From Saccostrea cucullata (lineage: Eukaryota): DNA of 64,000 nucleotides. Position 1 is the first letter of the stretch, and each line of letters starts with the position of its first letter. Below, in pieces: positions 56,822 through 64,000 of the stretch. The position numbers and the translations under genes are program-made. The notes beneath the pieces are model-generated. The model did no database searches. It saw only the letters and a program-made list of their open reading frames with translations, and was not told the origin of the DNA. The stretch lies in contig NW_026938891.1 in the NCBI RefSeq assembly GCF_032062105.1, positions 806,001 to 870,000 of the forward strand. Reading direction: 5' to 3'.

Positions 56822-58055
56822 ATACGAGGGGCGTTCAATAAATATATTGGGGCTCAGAAAAAATATGATGATTCAATGATTTAGTCTTCATGATTTTACT
56901 TATTAATCTCTTTTGATTCAAACACATTCCGTAACATTTTTTATCCAATTTCTGATTGCCATTTTTTTTTTAGTATACTGGAAAATGGCACAATAATTTC
57001 CTGGACTTGTTTTTTCCTTTCAAAAGGTGTTTTTTTCAAGTTTGGAAATAGAAAAAAGTCAAAAGGTCAAAGATCTTGTAAATATTGTTAATGTGAAAAA
57101 ACTAACTTTCTTTTTATCCCGTAAACCCCTTTACTCTTTAGGGCATGCGGGTTTAAACGCTGTCGTGAAGATATTCAGTGTAGTGGATTCCTGATTCTGG
57201 GTCCTTTCTCTGATAAACCTTTTGATTTCCTTGCAAAAAAAACTGCTTTCTAGACACCTCCATATATTAAACTGTCTCCCTGAATACGAATTTGAACAAT
57301 TATACCACTAATATTTAAGGAAATTGCATAAAAATCTGTTTTAGTGCTCTTGCATACCTTTGCTCTTGACAGACCTTCGCCTTTTTTATCAAGAACATCT
57401 TATGTTAAATTTTGTGTTAATGGTTTTAAGCAATAGATTCATGTTCCAATATCTGTTTGAATATAAAACAAACTAGGATTACTACAATTACTGATATTTT
57501 AAAATAATTGTTAAGACTTTTGTACACGCTGTGTTTTTATTTTTCAAAATACAGGGTGAGAGAAACATTTCCTAAAAACAGTGTTAACTACTCCGGATAT
57601 GCTGTCTATCAAATTTGCTATGTGTCTTAAAGTCAATCATACAACATCAAATATTATTTGTTGAAATTTGGCAAACAGTACATAAGTTGTTATAATTTTT
57701 GTTGGCAAGGAGGGTACCCATTTTTGATACCCATTATATAACTTTTTATCTTTGAAATCCAAGCTAATTTGTCCATACAAATTCATCGGTTCTGTAAATG
57801 TCAAATTTGAATAGGATTTTTAACAAGTTTTGCTTTAATGTAGCTTTTATTTTCATAGTTTACTGATTCTTTACCATTCATTTATAATGCAGTGTCTCGA
57901 ATAGCCCTTGTTTCCCAGCTTCTCACGATAAAACTATGTGATGAAAAGACAAAACTTATATAATTCATTAAAAAAGAATGAGAGAACGTCAAGCTGTATG
58001 TCATATGATACTATGTTGACACACTAATGACATTATTTATTGAACGCCCCTCGTA
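56822..58055. mobile_element. Decayed Tc1/mariner element, ~1.23 kb
   Basis: TA-flanked TIRs tacgaggggcgttcaataaata / tatttattgaacgcccctcgta; mariner-like length; no intact transposase ORF. Confidence 0.8.
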
Positions 58056-58607
58056 TTTAGAAAATATGATGATTAAATAAACTCAGTTTAGATTACATTT
58101 TCCATTTGCATTTCATGGCCTTTTTAGTTATGGACTTTGAGATTATATATCCTCCTCTGAACTTAATTAATCCCATCTCTGCATTTTTCGAGGACCCTCC
58201 TTTTATCCCTTTCACCTTTTGGTTTCTTTAATGTTTTTTTTTAGATTGATCACTGTTCAACATCTTCGCTTTTTCGGTTGTTCTGACACTTTGATTGTTA
58301 CAGAAAAAAATTTTGTAATAAAGAGCGTCATAATTTTGGGTATGAAAGTTCACCCAAATATTTGACTCACAAGAGCTACGAATACATCGTTCTGTTAAAT
58401 TTATAGGAATGCAAGTGCAATGTAGATAAATCTGGATCTGTCATTGACCAGAAAAGACAAAACTTATATAACCATAAAACATTTTTTTTACGACACACTA
58501 CACAAAATCATGCCGAAGAATAGATAACAAATCCCTAATCGAATATAAATATTTCTCAAGACATTTCTGGTCATTACTTGTCAATTATCAGCCAGGACAC
58601 ACAGAAA

Positions 58608-60511
58608 ATGAGGTGCTTTGTCGTAGTTCTCCTTTGCCTTATCGGTAAGTGATGAAAATATTGCTTTTAAATTAGGAACCTGAAAACAATTTTTTTTCAA
58701 ACAATTAACCTTAATTTTATTCCCTTCTTTTTGTTTTTTGCCTACCCCTCAACTGCATATTTTAAAAGAAGGATTAATAATTACATAATAAAAAAAAATC
58801 TATAAAGTAATATTTTGAATCGGTGTTGAATTTTCATTTTTAGGTTATGCCTGGTCCGAATCCTGCACCAACTCAGCTACGGACTGTACTCACACGTCAT
58901 GCACAGATGGCTGGGAGATGCACTGCGTTGATGCTGTCTGCACCTGCACTCAGTCAAACAACATGAGTAAGCAGCATAAAATGAAAAATGGGGGCCCAAA
59001 TATTTCCTGATACGTACCCCTTAAACATATACGCCTACCAGACCTAGTTATTGAAATGAAAAAATAACTTTGTTAAAATTAGGTAGCAAATGTTCCTTCA
59101 ACGAGGGCTCAGCTCTTGTGGCTCATTTAACTGTTTAGATGTTGCTTATTCAGGTATATATACGGTATCCCTTAGAGGACCCTTATTTGAGTGTGGTGAT
59201 TATTTGTACAATTTCTACAACGAGGTAAAATGACATACAGGTTGATTGATACACAAGAGCATGCTCTACATATGTCTCGTTTAAAATCATCATTTCGTAA
59301 GTTCTATGGTCGATACAGTGACCTTGTCAGCAAATACAATTTATCATTGAGTCAAATGCTGAGAGATGTTTTAGATATTCATTGTTAGGCCATTATTTAC
59401 ACACTGAATTACCGATGGATTTTCCCGTTATTTCTCGATTATGACAAGGAGCACACGGCGGGTTGACCAGTCGACAGGGGATGCTCACTCCTCCATGGTA
59501 GCTGATCCCATCTTTAATGTTTTGGAGGTCAGTGTTTGCGCTGCACCTATTTTGAATTGTTTTATAGACTTTTGAGCGTTATCTCCATATATTTCACTCT
59601 GTGAGAGTGAAAATTATCGAATTGGGCTTAAGTCGTCATCGAATCGATCAATCAATCATTGTTCTTGATCTTCGTTACTTTTGCCATTATCCTCCTTGGC
59701 TGTAATAAAAATAACAATAAAGATTTCAGCGAGTTTCATCAAAACTAAAAGATTTAATATGTCAAATCTAAACTAATAATCTAACGAGAGCTTGAATAAG
59801 TTAATACTAATGGAAAATAAATCTGGAATATGGACATATGACTACGGCAACTTTATGTTAACTTTTAACAAATACATCCAAAAGAAGCCCCACAAAAATG
59901 CTAGAATTTTATTTTAAAGGTAAAAAGTTCATTTAACCTTTGATAAGGGGAGAGAGATATCTCTCTCGCTGAGAGAAATGACAATTACATGTACTATTCC
60001 TTTATAAGAGGCGAATAAAGCGTGCAATGCTTAATAGCTTCAAATGTATAATAATCACGTGCAATTTGGGAATTCAGTTTTAGAGTATACATATCATTGA
60101 ATTTTTAATAAACAAAACTTTTTAGTTGTAAATTATTTAGGCAAATACCATAATATGATTTGAAAAGTGTAGTATTCTAAGACTTCGAACCCAAACAATA
60201 TCATCCGAAGTGTCAATTTTCCCTTAGAGACCAGTAAATACATGTATGCATATACGCAATGCACCAAATTTCTCAAATGCGGAGAGGACTGTTATGCAGA
60301 ACCTTTGCTTATATATCAGCACTTCCACCATTGGAAAGAATTAGCTATTTTGCATCATAGAAAATCCTTGATGTATGAAATGCATTAAAATAACCCTCCT
60401 TGTATTACAGAATGCACCACTCTTCAGGACTGCCTGGACTTGACTACCTGGGACTGCCCAGCCAACAGACGACATTGTATCGACAATATGTGCAGATGTA
60501 CTCGATTCTAA
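58608..60511 (+). CDS. Cvsi-2-like (I84) inhibitor G, 86 aa (exons 58608-58644, 58844-58966, 60411-60511): MRCFVVVLLCLIGYAWSESCTNSATDCTHTSCTDGWEMHCVDAVCTCTQSNNMKCTTLQDCLDLTTWDCPANRRHCIDNMCRCTRF
   Basis: TATAAA at ~58544, canonical phase-1 splice sites, 12 Cys, AATAAA immediately after the stop. Confidence 0.9.
59240..59590 (+). mobile_element. Penelope-like 3' fragment in intron 2 of gene G
   Basis: RLKSSFRKFYGRYSDLVSKYNLSLSQML plus the shared 3' tail. Confidence 0.7.
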
Positions 60512-60589
60512 ATAAACCTAAAATCTTACAGTGAATCATTAAAACCTCGTAGAAAAAGATATTTGAAATAATCAAATGATATATTTTTT

Positions 60590-60735
60590 ATATATAGCAA
60601 ATCCCATGATTTGGAGTTGGATATGATTTTTATCCAACTCGTTGTGTGATTTTTATCCCCGAGTCTTGGCGAAGGTATAAAAACACACAAAGAGTTGGAT
60701 AAAAATCATATTCAACTACAAATCATGGGAGATTC
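60590..60735. repeat. Nested palindromic hairpin (Crypton- or MITE-like terminus)
   Basis: cccatgatttggagttggatatgatttttatccaactc...gagttggataaaaatcatattcaactacaaatcatggg. Confidence 0.6.
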
Positions 60736-62842
60736 TTTTTATCCCATGTTTAATACTTCACAAACGATGTTTTACACTGTTTTTATATAGGACTCCATTT
60801 TATTTTACCTCATCACGCTAACGCACAAACCATACTGACGTCATAACTGCGGGATATGAAAATGATATCACATGAGCTATATCCACGGGATAAAGGGGTA
60901 AACATGGGGTAAACTGAAGTATGGCTACCACGCACATAAAGAAATTCTTCCAAAAAGAAACTCGGTATAGAAAGCCATGAAGAGATTCATGCAAGTGAAA
61001 TGAAATCATCCAATCAAATCATTGCATATTTAGTCAACGTTTATATGACAGAAAATCAAAGCTTACCACTTATTAACCAATCAGTAGTTATTAGACATAT
61101 GATAAAAAGTATAAATAAAGATACCCGCCTAGTCTAATTTGCTTCGACTTGATTGTTGCTTATCGCTTTAGTTTCACTATTTTGGCTAGGTTCTTGGGCT
61201 GTGACGAGAAACAAGAGAATTGATACACCACTCAGCTCAGGAATGTTATTCCTTAGTCAAGTTAGTATTCCGGTGACTAGTGTCTTTGTGAAAGGGGTAC
61301 TTAAATGTATTATACCGATATATATTGAAAAGTATGAATCTCTAACCGTGTTATCAATTCTTTTTTGATCGGGATCGGGATTCGCTACACTCCGTATTGT
61401 GAAGTTGTTTACATTGACGTCTGCAAGTCGTGTAAATTTTTGCATCATGATTTGTTGATTAAAACAATATTTGGTTGATAGCGACATACATTGTTATAAT
61501 GTTATAACTAACGATTACTTTTCCTCTACACAGTCAAAATCTAACACAGAATTCAACTCTTTACAGAGCCGCTTCTACATTCCATTGAACTGAATTGTAA
61601 CGATATTTTGAAATGAGTAAGAGAAATGAATATCCGCCATTTTGAATCGCCATTTTGACTTTTAACTTACAGCTGCATCATCACTCAGTTGTATAATAGT
61701 GAAATGAACAAGAAAAAATACAAATCTACAGTGTATAGATATTTGCAAATGTAAAATCCTGAACAAAGAAGATAATAGAAACAATAGACAAAAAATCAGA
61801 GAAAATTCGAATTAAGTGTAGAAACGACTAAATTTTCTAAGTTAAACTAATAATGTTAGCATTCTATTATCATTTTCATAGTTGTATTACACTCAGTGAG
61901 ATATTCAGTCATCATTTCTCCATTCTGAACGACATTAAGAGAAAATTAGAAAAATTGGATATCCGCCATTTGAATCGCCATTTTGACCTCTTTAACGCCA
62001 TTTTCATGAAGGCCAGCATAAAAAATTTTTTCGAATAATTATTTATTTTATGCATTCAGCTTACTCGAATTAGGTTCATTAAAAAGCATTATGCTAATGA
62101 CCGGGTCAAATAATAATTATTTGCCGTTAGAAGTTATTTCTAGGACCAGACTAATAATAATGTTATTTGGTAAACTAATAATTAAGAGTGTCTTTTTGAC
62201 TTTTGTGGACGCATTGAGTTAGTTACAGACTGTGTCGGGAAACAACTTTATTGTTAATTATACAACTCAGTCTGCAGCTACAATTATGATATTTACTTCA
62301 TAGATTTGTATTGGCATCATAAAGTTGATTATAGGTGATTCTCTGTTCTGGTTTGTTATTGTTTAGTTTGAAAATCATCCAGATAGGACCAAGGGAAAGG
62401 TACATACATTGTATTTGGAAAATCCAATGTTTGACTTGCAGCAGACCCCATTTACAGGGTAAAATGTTTACTGCAAACTTACTGCATACTTGCTGCAAAC
62501 ACTAAGGCTTTGTATAGGCTGTCATGGGTTCTAAGCTTCATAGCAGCAAGCTTGCATTAAAGTATGCCAGTTTACAGCAACTTTTGCTGCAGCAAATGTT
62601 TACAGGAATGCAATATATTTGGTGAGGTGAGTGTAGCCATACCAATCACACACTACCAATAAAAAAACACTCGGATTACCATTTCTATCGAATCACTTGA
62701 AGCTGCTATGTTGCAAGTTACGGCAGTTACAAACACATTATCCAAGCCAAACTGGACATAAAAGCAGTCGCTGAAAAAATAAATATATAACTGGCCGAGT
62801 TAGTGGGATACGTTTACATTATATACTTTTCATATTAAAAAT

Positions 62843-63011
62843 NNNNNNNNNNNNNNNNNNNNNNNNNNNNNNNNNNNNNNNNNNNNNNNNNNNNNNNNNN
62901 NNNNNNNNNNNNNNNNNNNNNNNNNNNNNNNNNNNNNNNNNNNNNNNNNNNNNNNNNNNNNNNNNNNNNNNNNNNNNNNNNNNNNNNNNNNNNNNNNNNN
63001 NNNNNNNNNNN
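62843..63011. other. Assembly gap (N run)
   Basis: Direct reading. Confidence 0.99.
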
Positions 63012-63179
63012 TTTTTGAACACGAAAATATAGTTTGTTGGTAGTTTGTTAATGTTTTATTAGTAGTGTGTTAAATATATTTCCGATTGGATGGTTTGCAT
63101 TTTGACTTTTTACGTTTTAATTCTTTAAATATATTCTTTTTTGTAGGAGTTTTTTTGGGAAAAAAATACTTCATATGAA

Positions 63180-63465
63180 TATAATACATCTCTGTTAATA
63201 ACAACGTGCAATTATAGTAAGTTCCAATTGATTGTTGAAAGACATCTTCAATCATTACAAAGACATTGACAATCAGAAACTCAAGATGTTTGAAGATCAA
63301 CATCTTTTTAATAAATTTTGTAACAGATGACAAATGACAAGGAATGTAAATTTACGAAATGAAACATATGAAGATAAAGATCAAAAGTCCATAAAAACAA
63401 AACAAAATCGCAGCAGAGCAAACACAGACCTCCAAAACATCGGGGGTGGGATCAGGTACCATGGG
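63180..63465. mobile_element. Penelope-like fragments
   Basis: - strand IKKML..LEFLIVNVFV....VFQQSIG RT remnant, and the reverse complement of the shared 3' tail. Confidence 0.55.
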
Positions 63466-64000
63466 AATTCATTTCATTGAAAAAGCAGCTACCATTTGTG
63501 TCAATTAAAAAAATGTATAGCATTTAATTTGGTTGCATATATATAGTGTTGGAAGCTTGTGGGTTTTAATGCTGTAGATTTTAGCAAAAGTTTGCAATTT
63601 CAATTTTTCTAAAAGTTTCTTGGAGTTTCTAAGTTTCCACATCTATATTATGAACAGAGGTTATAAATTTTTCCTTTACTGCTGTTAATATTTTAATGAA
63701 GAATAAAGAAAAGGATTTTTGTTTAGAAATCCAGTATAGGTATTGTAACTCAAATTTAATTTGATTGTGGTGAATATTAAAAATATTAAACATTGGCATA
63801 TGATTTGAAGAATTTCTTCCTTAGAAACTGTGATTTAAAATTTCTAGAGATACTTATTACACAAAAAGAACGAATTGTGGGACACATACCATATTGATGT
63901 ACACATGGAGAAAGGAGTGGATAGGTTATTACTACTGGTCACCCTTAGTGACAAAGGTAATATACCGAAGGCTTTTCAACAGAACTTAATTTGTAGTATT

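Overview
AT-rich, intron-containing animal DNA, most likely a bivalve (oyster-like, judged from the Cvsi-type inhibitors and the Helentron/Penelope repeat landscape). The ORF track misses most real genes because they are spliced, so I built exon models by hand from GT/GC-AG junctions and frame continuity. Contents: (1) the last two coding exons of an unidentified + strand gene; (2) a 10-exon ALDH8A1 on the - strand (6421-12137), with one GC-AG intron and a frame-damaged exon 2; (3) a tandem cluster (13.5-32 kb) of five intact genes plus one truncated copy encoding small secreted, cationic, Tyr/Gly/Gln/Arg-rich proteins that I do not recognise. They share a 59-62 nt last coding exon encoding hydrophobic stretch + N-x-T + terminal Gly, and most share a 3'UTR intron; (4) a cluster (34-60.5 kb) of five three-exon Cys-rich secreted peptides: three 12-Cys Cvsi-2/I84-like protease inhibitors and two divergent 8-Cys paralogs, one split in exon 1 by a 3.45 kb Helentron-type insertion; (5) many TEs (Helentron/HINE, Penelope-like RT fragments, MITEs, mariner remnant, LINE remnant, tRNA-derived SINE) and an N gap. 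The best candidate for an undescribed system is the secreted 'NxT..G' family.
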